DNA from: Amoeboaphelidium protococcarum X5
Taxonomy: Eukaryota > Fungi > Aphelidiomycota
NCBI GenBank assembly: GCA_023515725.1
Contig: JALDTO010000142.1
Span: 668,361 to 732,360, forward strand
Direction of reading: 5' to 3'
DNA length: 64,000 bases
In this document: piece after piece, positions 14,381 through 27,994 of the stretch
Layout of the letters: the number at the start of each line of letters is the position of its first letter
Numbering within the stretch: position 1 is the first letter of the stretch
Notes under the pieces: generated by a model
What the model was told of the DNA's origin: nothing
What the model saw: the letters and a program-made list of their open reading frames with translations, nothing else
The model's database searches: none
Made by a program: the position numbers and the translations under genes

Positions 14381-16603
14381 TCATCCAATGTAGTGTGATG
14401 CTTCTAGTAACTGGCCTTTGTGACGCCTGTAATCAAGCCAGACAATGACAATACTGAATAGGGAGGCCAGGAACGCTTCACTGGCGAAAAACGACTCCAC
14501 GTACACAAACTCTTCCGGTGTGGTGATCGTTCCTTTATCCACAATCTGCGGAGTTGCTATAGGTCGGCTAATCAACTGTATTACTGCAGCTATAATTGGC
14601 ACTATAGCAAGAGATAAATTCATAGCGGATGTTGCCACGCCATATGCAATCGCCAATTTCTCTGAGGATTCTGGCTCGGGTTCGTCCACTGTCTCCTCTA
14701 CTTATCTGTCCATCACTTATTCAGATTGGACGCGTCTTCTTCTATTCTGTGACAAGAGTGGTGTATTGGCTGACTTGAACATTGTATGCTCAGTGTTGTA
14801 AAAGTCATCAAACTGTTCATTTACATAACCTTCAGATCTATTTGCAGGAGAATCTTTCTAATTGTTATAAATGATACCCAGGCCATCTATACGACCGTTT
14901 TATGACTCCGTCTACTTGCCAATTCTCTTTTGATCAACAGAAAATGCACGTGATGCTGCAAGTAGAGGGAGCGAAGTGGTGCTTACTCGCTAATCAACAA
15001 GCACCTACTGTAAGGTGGGAGACCTTGTTAGCTACTGACTCCTTGACTAATGTCCCATGGTATTGTATCGTTTCAAGTGATTAATGTGCACCTGTCTAAT
15101 CAGAGGTGAAGCGGTGGAACTGGATGCCGCGATAGTAAACGCATTTTAATTTATAAGCGGACTTGACTCTTCATTTACATCAGCATGAGAGTCGTATTAC
15201 AATTTCCCATTAAGGAATTAATCATCAGAGATGGGCAATTATTATTGAGCAACTTCCGACGGCCCACTGAACAGGCACGCTATTGAGCTCCAGTAAGCAA
15301 CACCAAAGAAACTATAAGATAATCCGAGAACAACCAGCGGAAGGATAGGAATCACTGTAAATTATGATATTTTACCTTCACTGTCAGTCGGATCTGTGAA
15401 TCCCATAATCAAATGCACGGTCCCCATGAGGAAACAGCAGAGAAACATAACAGATCCTCTACGTCCATACCGGTCTATAATATATCCACTCACGGGGACC
15501 AGCACGGCGCAGATAGTATCCGCTATAGCCATAAAGGATCCTGCCACACTCAGCCGATTATCATAAGAAAGTGGAACGAACTTGGTCAACATCAAATCGA
15601 TAATCACATTATTAAAAGGTACTATAGTTCCATAGATACAAAACACAATTAAGCACATTAGCCAAAATTCTACTGGGAACTAATAAATGATTTAAAACAC
15701 AGAAGACTTCTTTTCTCTTGCTAAAGATGCATCCTCTAGCATTGCATCGCCATCACTTTCTTCATCCAGGTCCACTATGGACTAATATCCATTCAATAAC
15801 TATGCCTCTTCGTCAAGTACAACTTCTTTTGATTTCACTATAGGTGCATTCTAAGCAGAATTAATCTTTCTAGATTGAGGATAAATTCCAATCGCAAAAA
15901 TCAAAATGAGTCCAGCCATAGAACTGACAAGACACATAACAACACCGGCTCCAAGTGCGTATAAAACACCTTCCTGGCGATCACCAGTAATCTGATTAAA
16001 ATATGAGCAAATCAATGGACTCAAAGTGGCATTTAGTACGCTTCCTATTCGCGGCACAGCTAAACTAAATCCCATAGCCATACCGAGTTCCTTGTCAGCA
16101 AACCATAGCGCATTTACAAACGACTACATTACGCCAATACTCTCTCCACCGACGCCAAACACAAATCTTCCGACAAGCATCAAGGGAATGGACAGTTTCC
16201 ACACACCAAATAGATACAGCAGATGACCGAGTACGGTGAGACTGGATAGCGTGAGTAATATCGCAGCTGGAGCTTTAGTAATCTATATGAGTAATCCAGT
16301 GATAGATGGTAGAATCAAGTTGGGAAACGAGTAAACAGAATAGGTGAGAGAGAATATAGTCTCATATGACGGCGAATGACTACCATTTTGACCAGTAAGA
16401 GGCTTCAAGTACTGTCGCAGCTATGGAGAAAGGGCAGATGGATTGTCATACGCATAATAATTACCAAGCAGAAGAGTACAATTAAGTATCAACACTATCC
16501 ATCTGAGATGCGATCGAGATTCCTCCTCGTCTTGACTTTACTACCCGTTCCTCAGACTTTTCGTTTTATCACTGTCATCCTTCATCCTCTCACTATCATC
16601 CAT
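14381..16603 (-). CDS. MFS transporter (MFSD1-like)
   Basis: YSFPNLILP, GRFVFGVGGES, WFADKELGMAMG..LAVPRIGS, GYIIDRYGRR; multiple TM helices. Confidence 0.88.
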
Positions 16604-16965
16604 TTAAAAATAGATTCACTTTCAACTCTAAGATAAATAGTGACTGAATAAGTAATGAGATTATAAAAATGCTTTCAAGAATTCAATAGACCAAGAAGTA
16701 GGAAAGAAGTTCTCCGAAACAACAATTGATTAGTCTAATTGATGATGATGATGATGATCATGAAGAAGGAAATCTACAAAATATAATCAATCAATCAATT
16801 TTAACAGGTTGGCCCGATCTCCAATGACGGCAAAGCACCGGAAAAGAGAGACAACGCGCCTTTTAAGAACGCGAAACAGAGAGTCGTGTTGTTTCAGCTT
16901 CGGATAAGAGCAGTGTTGGAGCAGAATTCTGGAAAGCAGTTATATATTGCAGTTGAGTATAAAGT

Positions 16966-17997
16966 ATGACTGTGAAGAACGCTGTGTCATAATTTCAGAG
17001 CTGTAAAGTATAGTACATTGATGTTCCGCTCTCTATCAATGTCAGCAAGATTCTGAACACTCCCATTAAGTATCAAGACCACGGCAGAGAAGGAGATCCT
17101 GAAGAGGTAGTTGATGAGTATTATGAGTAAAAATTAGCCATTACCAAGAAATGGCTTGTTGATTAGTCTATGGATGACACTAAAGTGATAATAATGACTA
17201 ATAGCAGAGAGTACTCCCATAAAGTAAGATAAAGCGTATTACGATTCAAGAATGTAAATGTCGTGTCAGATTACGATATTAGTCATGCAACATCGAGTGG
17301 ACATCTACTTGCTAATAATGCCGTTCCCCTTGAAGTCGAAAAAGTTGATCGAGATTCATACTCTAAAGATCCAGTTAATAATGCAAATTAGTCTGGTCCA
17401 TAAAAGTGCATTGTAGTTCATTATTCTCTACCACACAATTACTCTGAATCTCTGGAAACTTAGATATCTGCTAGAAGACGGCAGTTTTAGGATTTGGAGA
17501 TCAACATTGTTCAATTCTTACGCCGTCTATCTTTTATCACTGGGAATGAGCATTCAGTATAATCATAGATATTCTTAGTACCAGACGCTTCTAGAAAGTA
17601 CTTTGATGATGTCGTGAAAGTGAATCTGTTCTTGCGCGTTGGATCTCTTCACATTGATAATGATGACGATAATGGTAGTGGCGATGATCGTGACTATGCA
17701 ATTTAAAACAACTTCAAGAAATTCAGCATTGAAGATATTCGAAGTAACAAGACTCAGCTGAGAACTAAATTGTAATTGGAACGGATTGGATTCGCAGACT
17801 TGGACTCCCCGCTGATCAATAGTTTCCACTTTAAAGTTTAGCAGTTGCAACTGTCAGCGAAACTGTCAGCGTCGGGCGATAAAGAGAAGATTCAGGCAAA
17901 GACAACGATGATGAAGAATGTTCAACAGTGTCAGGACAATCTAGATGGAAATTAAGATGCCCAACAAGGAGATGAGGAAGACAATCCATTCGCGTGA
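16966..17997 (+). CDS. Hypothetical protein (343 aa), weak resemblance to a degenerate helicase C-terminal domain
   Basis: Open frame with TAR=Gln; KVIIMTNSRE and VVHYSLP segments. Confidence 0.6.
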
Positions 17998-18262
17998 AAT
18001 TGTCTTTAAGAATTGCCACACAAAGAATTTAATGTGATCCTGGAATGAACAGACTTAATTGCGTGATAAGATCGTTCCCGCTCCATACACTGTCTGTACA
18101 CTCATTAGGCAGACGCGTACATGTGGCGCGCGATACATGTGCCGTTCCCTGTTTCGCTTCTTTTTGTTTCGCTGTTCGTTGCTTTTTATTATTTTAACTT
18201 TATTGTACCGTATTATTACGTAACTTTAGTGGTGGTGAGCACCATAAAAAGTTTTATTTAAT

Positions 18263-19834
18263 ATGCGGTATATGATTTTGGATGTACATAATGATTTGAC
18301 TTAATAGAGTGAACAGTATACTTTAACCATAGACATTAATACTGATGTTATTGACATTAGATTGAGTAATGAGGTTGAAATTATGGTGCCAGATGCTCAT
18401 TTGTCATCAGATTAGTAATAATAGTAATAGTAGTAATCCACTCAGATATAAAGTAAAAGTTTGTCTAGTACGCAGCAGTAATAATCTACTGTATTACTTG
18501 GATTAAAGTTGAGTCAGAGTAAATTCATGATGTTGAAATAGGATTAAAACTTGCTGATCACCTTTCAAGAGTTTCCATATCGAGTGGCGGAGCTATTTGG
18601 TAATCCTGGCTTCTCGATTCACCTGACTGCTGATGCTGCAGCTCCATCACTTTAGATTGTAGAAAGCAATGGTTTCCGGAATATTATTCATCTTAGTCTG
18701 TAGTTGAAGCATGCCTCTATGTAAGAAATGATTGACTACCTGAATGGTCTCATGGCCTCATATAAGCGTAAAGTTATCAGTCTTCTGGACCAGGTTAAAG
18801 CCATGAGGAGTACTGCGAACGATAATAAGGTATTAATGGGGAAGATATAAAATGAATTGGATCAGTACAAGAATAATGTTCTGGGCAAAGAGCAGGATTT
18901 GTATAGAAAGTATAACGAAATGATTGAGAAGATGCGCAGAGACTACGAGCATGAAAAGTCTTTACTCGTGAAGAATCATCAGAATGCCATGGATACGTTA
19001 AAGGAGGATACTGGCAGACAGATTGAGAGGCTCAACTTTGAGTTGAATGAATTGAACTAGCGTCATGAGAGTGCCGAGTAAGATCGAAAGAACGATCTGC
19101 ATATGATAAAGTAAAAGTATTCCGAGCTTAATCTGGAGCACTCTTCACTTCGGTCCAAGTATAAGAGTGTGGTTAATGAGAATGAATATCTGCAGTCGAG
19201 ACTCAAGTCGTTCGAGAAGGATTTCACGTAGAAAGATACACTTAGTATGAAGGTGCAAGACGACAATTATAAGCTAAAGAACAACCTAGATATTTTGAAG
19301 GGAGAAGTTACGAAGGCTAATGATATAATTGGCAAGATGAGCAGTGAGATAAAGTAGCTGAAATCCAAATTGAAGACCAAGAACTTGGTGGCTGTAGAGT
19401 AGGAGAAGGTTGTCGTCGCAAAGGAGGATCAGTTGAAGTAATTGAATGAGAAGTTTATTGAAATGTAGAAGGAGATTGACATATAGAAGGCGGAGTTGTA
19501 TCGAATTAGGCAAGAGAATACTGACTATGACCGCCAGTTGTCGTTGAAATAGAAGCTGATTGAGGAGAATAACCAAGTCATCGAGTATCTGCACAAGTAG
19601 TTAAATGAGCGTGGATAATAATCGCTTGGAAATGTCAATAATCATGCTGCGCCTTCTTCATTTAACAAGATGCCGTAAAGTGGCAGTTCGCAATCTCTCT
19701 AGAATAAGGATGAAAATGCTCGTGATGGTAGCAATCTTCCGAGTAGGCCCATGGCCAAATCTAATTCCAATTTACCCGGTTCTGGTGCTCCATCTGTCGG
19801 CAATCTTGGTAGAAGGAGTAACTACTTTAAATGA
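18263..19834 (+). CDS. SAS6: Centriole cartwheel protein SAS-6
   Basis: LKQDQNLLITFQEFP and IVESNGFRNIIHLSL head motifs, long coiled coil, NNQVIEYLHKQLNE; start approximate. Confidence 0.85.
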
Positions 19835-20030
19835 ATTTTTTGTCTCTAAGTAGTTTTCGATAAGTATGACAATAATCAATATATTTAATACGTACTGTGA
19901 TTTAAAGAGAAATTATTTTCGTATATATGTCAAGACAAAAATATTGTAAAAATACAATTGAATACATTATATTCATACAACAGATATTATAGAGTGCAGT
20001 ATAGTGAATTCATTATTATAGCACTATGCA

Positions 20031-23000
20031 TCATGCCAAACTCTTGCGAGCAAAATCAATCTCCTTAAAAGCGTCTATAATCCAGTCGAGGACGGCCTTC
20101 ATCACCGTCTCATAGGCGCGTGGAGTCAACTACATGCTATGATTATCGTCACTAATGATCTGCACTCTGTAATTGTTGAATGAGAGCATGTCAGGAGTCA
20201 TTCTGTCAGACGCTGGAGACGAGGTATTGCGCACATTGTACGACTGAATAGCCGACTGTAGTGTCATGGTGTTCTGAACATCAACATTGTCGTCCGCAGA
20301 GCCATGAATAGCCAGAAACTTGACATTATTAAAATTGTCATTAATATTAATACGGCTCTGACTATAACCATCGAAATTCTTCTGAGTGTCCTTCATATAT
20401 CTCTCAGTGTAGATGGAGTCATAGTACTTCCAATTCGTGACTGGAGCCACAGCTACCGCAGCAGAGAAGACAGGATCAGCATACGGCTAATTTTGTATAA
20501 CTTTTGCCGTCATGAATCCTCCATACGACCAACCCCAAATAGCAACTTTCTGCTAATCAATCCAAGTATTACTTTTGACAAAATACTTAGTGGCGGCGAT
20601 AACATCCTATGACTCTATGGCACCCAACTTACCAGTCACCACATCCCTAAAAGCTGATCCTCTGAATCCACTACCACGAACATCAATCACCAATACAGCA
20701 ACTGGCGGCTACTACTAGGCGAGTAAGGCCTTCTCCAATTTATTCAACAGTTGCGTGTTATTACCTCCCGTACTCAATTTCTAATTCAACACCACGCGAG
20801 TTTCAGCATCAATAGTTCCATAGTGCCACTTACTAGCCAGATACTGATTAAATCCGACACCCCATTTCTAGTCCACTTTCTAGCTATTTGGACCCCAATA
20901 ACCAGTGACAAGCAACGGAAATTAGACAGAGGAGTTAAGTGACTATTCATATCCAAGAGGATAATACAGTTTAGCGTTTAATTCGATCTTGGTTCCATTC
21001 TTAGAGGAAGACATTACCGGGACTTTGATCAGCTTTGCAGCAGGTAGAGACAAACGACTGAGCTGAGTACTCTTAGCTTAATACGATTCAATCAAAGACT
21101 ATGTGTTTAGATCCAACACTGATTACCTAGGCTAGCCAGGACCCTTATAATTCAAAATGACAAATCTTCCACCAGGAGATACCGACGCATCATTCCACGA
21201 TGGTTGGTCCTGACCGATAAGTCTTGTGATCTTTACATCACCAGATACATTAAACGTATTCGGCGAAGTGTCGTTAATTAAAGAGAATTATGATGAGTAA
21301 ATGTATCGCTCGGTAGCTTCTCCATTCTTGTTGTTGGTTCCTTAGAATAGTACATTAATAGTGCCATTCTGCATCTTATGACCAAGAACTTTACTTGTAA
21401 CCTCCCATGGGCCTTGACTCAAAAACAATGCACTGTCATTAGACACCGACTGATTCGAATTGAACAGTTATAGATGCACATAAGACGACTATGACTACTG
21501 GTGAAGATTCAAAGTCTATTTCACATACAGCGGTGTTTAAGGAATGAAATACAGACCAGGATCAGTCTCAAACCACCCCGTACTCTTTGAAAAATTAGAA
21601 ATTACAGACCCAGACCATGAACTAGAACTACTAACTGCAAAAGAGTGTAACTTGAGCCACTCTTCATTGTCCTAATACCTATCAGTCAATCTAACAAACA
21701 ACTCTGGTACTTTCTAATGGACAGGATCAGTGACGGACCATTAAACTGAATAAACAATTTTATCCATATCATTAATCTTGGACACTTCATTGTAATCAAC
21801 GCGGAACAAATGTCCTTATCTCTCATCCACAGATGTGGTATCAAACTGGAACAAATGCAAAGTGACTTTAGGATTCTTATTGGTATTACGTCCAGGCTTG
21901 GGATACTTTATACTTTCCAGATAGGAGTACTGCGATTCCGCAGCATAATGATCAGTCCCAGTCTTTGGGATACCATACATGAAATGTAGCATAGTATTCG
22001 TCTTAACGTTGGTGTCATCAAACTTCAAGAATGCCAACGTCATGTTGCTTCCACCATTTCCAGTAGAATCTGATGATCCAATATAAGATTGAGGAGCAAA
22101 CCAAAAAGCATCTGGTGTAGTGAAAACTTCCTCCTCATACACCCAGTCAGCAATACCGTTATAAATCACAGGCTCAGAACTGTCCTTGGACGAGCCATAA
22201 GATCCATCATCAGTAACCCGCCAGTAACCATCTCGTCTATTCATATCAAAGTGAAAATTAATATCCAGTACATAAATGTCATTTCTAAATACAAAAGCCA
22301 CAAAGTCCTTCCATAGAGATAGTTTAGCAGAAATCAAATGATTATTGCGATTGTTGTCAGATAGTTCATACAGAGGAGGTAGAACTTCATTAAGAGTCTC
22401 GTCCTTCAATCGGAACAGCCAATACCTGGAGTACTTTGAGCGTCTCCATCGAGCCATAGAATCAGTCAAGAACATTAGATATCTTCCAGAGGCACTAAGT
22501 TGCACAGATGATAAATCAATTCTCTCTGCAAGAAACGTTCCGAATATAGGATCGATCAATTTACTAGCATTGACTAGCTTTGACTGACATAGATTTGGGG
22601 AGGTGGAATTATAAGCGCTAATGTGATTAACACAGACATTACTCTCGGCATCTAGAATAAAATAGGATCCATCAGAGTACTTTTAACGGAGCGCTGAATT
22701 CTGCTCGGTATCGTCACCTCCTATGACTAACCAATTGTAATCTGGCAGTTGACTGGCCAGATTGAACTATGAGTAAATAGCATCAGTGAATGATATTCTG
22801 TTAGGATACTATTTCTTCAAGTAAGCCTCATTATAAGCATTAATATCACCAGTGACATCCCCATCCTAATTCCCAGATTAATCATTAGGAGTTCCAGCAG
22901 GAGGCTGTCTATTCTGAGAGGCTAGAACGCCAATGAGAATAAGAGCAAATATAACAAGCACTATAGAACCAACAACTCTAACTGGGAAATTCATAATCTT

Positions 23001-23186
23001 TTTCGATGTCATGTAAGTATTTATTTTATCTACAAAACTGCGCTTCCTGTTGTATCTCCCATCTCCACCGCCACCATCTTGAGCGATATAGTCAAAATCT
23101 TCCTGCATCTCCAAGTCACTCAAGGGAGACATGACTGGTCCAGATTGTACTTTATCCAGAGGAATAGAAGAATAGCCTGGAGTCAT
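20031..23186 (-). CDS. Dipeptidyl aminopeptidase (DPP-IV family S9B, Ste13/Dap2-like), type II membrane protein
   Basis: N-terminal TM; NGIADWVYEEE, YPKPG, GWSYGG, HGSADDNV, DDNH. Confidence 0.93.
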
Positions 23187-23701
23187 TATTGTTGTTATTT
23201 ACGTAAGCGATAAGTCCTAATTAACTACAATGACAAAAAATGACGGGGGAAAGAGAGAAGATAAAATAGAAAGAGAAGAGGAACGGGATTTCTTCAACTA
23301 CAGCGAGCGGCGAGATAAGGCGATTCAACAACTACGCGATAAACAGTCAAAGCGGAATTATCAATTAATGATCCATAATGTTTCATGTGCTATCTCTCAG
23401 CACTTATCATCATCATTTAGGGGAGCTAATATGCAGTCGAATAACTAATTTTGCCATGCTTGCTTCTGTGATGCACCGTCAGCTATCTACAGTAGGTGTT
23501 TGCGATAGAAAGTATCATCAAATGAGAGAGACAGAGCGACTTCAGGGCGTGATACGATTCGGGCGTGACATTGGCGTGGCTGTGTTAATATATGAGTCAT
23601 TGCTGTTATAAATAGCGCGCACTGGTATCATAATTTTCTTCTTAAAATACGGCACACTATGAGTGAACATAATAATATTGCTTCTACATCTTGCGAAATG
23701 T

Positions 23702-24260
23702 TATATACACTTTGATAAAGTGTTTATTGGTAGACACAATGGATGCGGTTGCCAGAAAGTATGTAAAGCGTTCTGGCGCGCCTATTAGGAGGTGACTGGG
23801 CAAACTTTAAGGTCTGGTGTAGTTAGATATTTAAAAAGAACCAATATATGCAATACCGAAGTGGATGACTATTGGTTGATAACCTTGCTCGAGCGCGTCA
23901 GTGATACCTTGGTGAGCATGACTAATAAGAAGTGTAGTATCCGCTCACCGCAAGTAAGCGTACTTTTCTAATCTAAATGATGCAGATTTGTCTTAATCGG
24001 TGTCAGGACTGGTAAAGTTCTTACTAGATGAAGCGGTAGACGCGATTTGTCTTTTGGAATCGCTGCATAACTCTGACAATGGTTTATAGGACTTTTAATA
24101 AGTTTCTAGTATGAATAACAAAACAGAAATACCTGGAATGGTCATCGCAGAGACTATTGAGAGTGGAAGCACCGAGAGGAGCGTCTCCGACAAAAGTGAG
24201 TCTTCATTAAATATTGTAGCCTGTGGCCTGGAAGAATTGGACGAAGAAACCCAAAGCTGA
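23702..24260 (+). CDS. Possible small spliced hypothetical gene; 5' end unresolved
   Basis: Open segments in three frames can be joined by putative 26-nt (23912-23937) and 32-nt (23954-23985) GT-AG introns; ends at TGA 24258-24260. Confidence 0.3.
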
Positions 24261-24841
24261 TCAGTGATATTTCAAAAATAGATTACTGTCTCTTTAAGTT
24301 TGACTTATCGTATCAACAAAAGGAACTGCTAATGGCAAATTTGAATTGGAATCGCGATTCTCTACATCTAATTTACGCATTATGGCTGTTAATGCTACGA
24401 ATATTTTTTATCATTAGAAGATGACCCTCAGATTGTTTACTGCATCTGTATAGCTTATTTCCAAACAAATATTGCCGTAACCATAAAACTGCAACCGCGT
24501 ATGCGTCAAAACTGCATTCGATCTATTTTTAATGGAATAATCAATTAATCACAAAGCTTTCATTGCCTCAGTCATTATATATGCTAAATATTGTGTGGAG
24601 CTGTATAAATTTGTAAGCAATACAAGCGGCTTAATCTCAGAAATCTCAGAGCCCAGTGTAAATGTGACTGACTTAGCGCGCTTTGATGCGAAACAAACGA
24701 CGCAAAATCGACCTAACCTTAGACGATCAAAGCTTTTCTTGAGGCAATCAATCTTCAAATATAGCGGCTAAATATTGCGAGAAAGAATTTCCGTTATTCT
24801 AGTAGATTATCATCGCTCCACCAATATAACATATATATAAA

Positions 24842-25294
24842 ATGGCAACTGATAACAAGAAGACTTTGACTCCTAAGCAGAAAGCTTTGGCTGCACGTAA
24901 AGCAGCATTGAAGGGTGTACATGGATAGAAAGTGAAGAAGGTTCGCACCAGCACCACCTTCCGTCGCCCAAAGACTTTGGAATTGCCTAGAGTGCCTAAA
25001 TACCCACGTAGATCCGTGCCAAGAACACCTAGATTGGATCACTTTTCAGTGTTGAGATCGCCGCTGACCACTGAGGCTGCCATGGCTGAGATGGAGAATA
25101 ATAACACGCTCACTTTCCTCGTCGATGTCCAGGCTAACAAGGCACAGATTAAAGATGCAATCAAGAGAATGTACGATGTGGATGCTGTCAAGATCAACAC
25201 TCTGATCCGTCCAGATGGTCAGAAGAAGGCTTTTGTGCGTCTCAGTGCTGATGTTGAGGCTCTGGATGTTGCTAACAAGATTGGTTTCATTTGA
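24842..25294 (+). CDS. RPL25: 60S ribosomal protein uL23 (L25/L23a)
   Basis: [42 protein letters not shown]. Confidence 0.97.
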
Positions 25295-25439
25295 GAGTGA
25301 TTGTACATCTGAAGCTAATGAATAAACGCGTTCATATACTCAATTATGTTATAATTTCGGATATTATATTGTTATTTCAATCATACAACTACAATCACTT
25401 ACATCGCGCCTCCTTCTACTAATAGAAGTAGAGTGGTGT

Positions 25440-26529
25440 TCATCCGCTTCGGCCCTGAGAACTCTACTGACTTCCCTGATGTTTCCTCTTCAAATCAAGC
25501 CTGGGTGACTAAGGTAGTTATACTATTTGAAATCTACTAGGCTTCCACAGGTATTCTGCTTGAGTAAGTTATGGCGATTCATCTTATTTATTCAAGACTT
25601 TACCACTACTTTCAGGTATTGGGATCTTGTCAGTGATAGGTGGACTTGGATCACTCTTTTAAGAGGTTGGCAAATTCGCGTCCTAATCAATACGCACTAT
25701 GAGCTTATGACCCATCCATACGAAATTGTTAAATAGTTTATAACTTAAGCATGCTTCCAGCCAGTGAGAATACGTGACGAAACCAGTAGTTGAAGAATCA
25801 AGCGCAGGGCGTATGTCAGCTCTCATCACATCACCTGCTTCTCTCAACAAATCTTTCAGATCTTACCAGCCCACGAAATGAGGCAACTACACCATTATTT
25901 TGAATTCAGAGAGAGTACAAATGGCAACATAAACTTACATTAAAGATTTTGACTGACACTGGGCGCTTATCTTATGGCAACACCGTCAGACGCGCCGGAA
26001 TGTCAGTGACGCTGAGCAGAGGTTCGGCATTAAGTTTACACTACAGTTCATCTAAACTTGTATCCATATGCACTTTAACAGTACGACCATCTAGGTGCAG
26101 ACCATTGAAGTATTGAATTGCATTCACAGCATCCTGCTAGGAATTCAACAACACTAAAGCATTAGGACCACCACTCTCACCATGATACAGTATGTTCACG
26201 CGAACCACATTGCAGCGACTACGAAACAGGTCCTTCACCTATTACCAGGTAGAATTCGAGGGTAACTACACATGAGATACAGCGTGAGAGTAGATGACAC
26301 TACATTCAACCCGATTGTAAAGTCTACCTCTGAAACGACAACTTGCCGCCCATGCAGGCTGTTTCTGTTTCTAATCGTTCTCTGCCTCCCCTGTAAGAAC
26401 TGGTCAATTTCAACTTAGAGTTGGTACAACGCGGCCTGATCTACCTAAGGCCATTGACTTTCTGCGGCAGTCGATTTATTATTGGCACTGAGCATTGTTA
26501 AGTGTACTATCAGCAATTTCAATTTTCAT
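25440..26529 (-). CDS. Two-RRM RNA-binding protein (Gbp2/Hrb1-like); introns 26266-26327 and 25887-25938
   Basis: LPSNSTWQQVKDLFR and LPHFVGWQDLKDLLREAGDVMRAD pseudo-RRM motifs. Confidence 0.75.
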
Positions 26530-26759
26530 ATAAGTGAGGTATAAGTTCATGTGACAAGTCAAGAATTTGTTGAAACGCGTTTCACTGCCGCCCGTCACTA
26601 CAATTTCCTCTTTGGGAAGGTGATCCATTAAGAGCTTTCTACCAAGTGTAATCCTCATAGAATCGTGCGATTTATGTATGGCGTATGGCATCTTACTAAA
26701 ATACAATATAATGGAAAATACTTATACAGCAAAAGGTGTTTTATTACTCAAATAGAAAC

Positions 26760-27725
26760 TCAGAATGCAGCAGTGTCAACCATGGTTCCCAAGACTTCAG
26801 TAATGTTTCGGGATAGGACAGAATCGACAACATCACTCAAATGACGCTTTGGATCCTTCTTACCGACATGTCTGTGCTTCAGCTCTTCTTTGGTCAACTC
26901 AACCTCTTCTTTAATGCTCTTGGCATAAGATTGCGCAAGTTTAGTGATCTCCTTCACATCGACAATATTTTGAGTTTACACCTTCACCGGATCATCCAAT
27001 CTCAACCCAGCAGACCACTCCTTCTATCCAATACCCATCAACATGGCTTCGTCGCGGTTCTTTCCATTAGAAGTACTACCAGCGGTACCTCTAAACTAAA
27101 TAGGCAGAGAGTAGTAGTGTCTGTTCAGACCGTGAATCAAGGCTTAAACTGATGGCTTCTACAGATGACCAACGTTGGAAGTGCTCTGACGAGGTTCCTG
27201 TCCGAGCATCAGCGTCTACGGAGGAATCAAACGGAAACCATCAATGACCACTTTACCGCGCACAGACTGGATTGGATCGATGACCACAGCGACAACTCTA
27301 TCGCCCAGCTACTAGAAAGATTGTTGAGTATTGATATCCACAGAACTCAACCAACAGCCAAATCCCGGGTGAGAGTGATACCAGCCAACTACAGACTCGG
27401 TTCTACCAACCTGCTACAGTAAATCCGTCATCTTGACTTGGTAAACTTCATCCACCGATTCAACACTAACAGTAGTACCACTCTACGGCATGGAGAACAC
27501 ATCCACCACCTTAATTGTGAATTCATCAATGTACTCACCCAGCATAAGTCCCATAACCTCCATAGGCACACCGGCTCTACTGTGCTTCAACATCTTCAAC
27601 AGCGACAATGGGGAGATGAGAATTGTCTCTGAGGTATGAGGCAACTTATCATCATCCCTACTTCCGCCTCCCTAACTATCCTGGCCCATGCCACCAGCTC
27701 TAAGTAATTATTGAAGTTAATCCAT
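26760..27725 (-). CDS. RPN11: 26S proteasome lid deubiquitinase Rpn11
   Basis: [44 protein letters not shown] motif. Confidence 0.97.
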
Positions 27726-27994
27726 TGCAACTCTTAAAAGTTTGTAGACTATATTACTATTAATATTTCACCCAATGTCTAAGGTAGTGGTTACAAAAGA
27801 AAGAAACCGCAGGAGAGAAAGAGCGAGATAGAGAGAATTGTCGCGGAATTATCTTCAGGCGAAACGAAGAGACGGATTTTCATCGGTGCTGCTGTACAAC
27901 GAATATGACACCACCACATACAGCACTGTTAATGAGCCCTTCCCCCAATTCAAATCGAATGAAATAAAACGATGAAGTACGATAAGTTTTTGAT

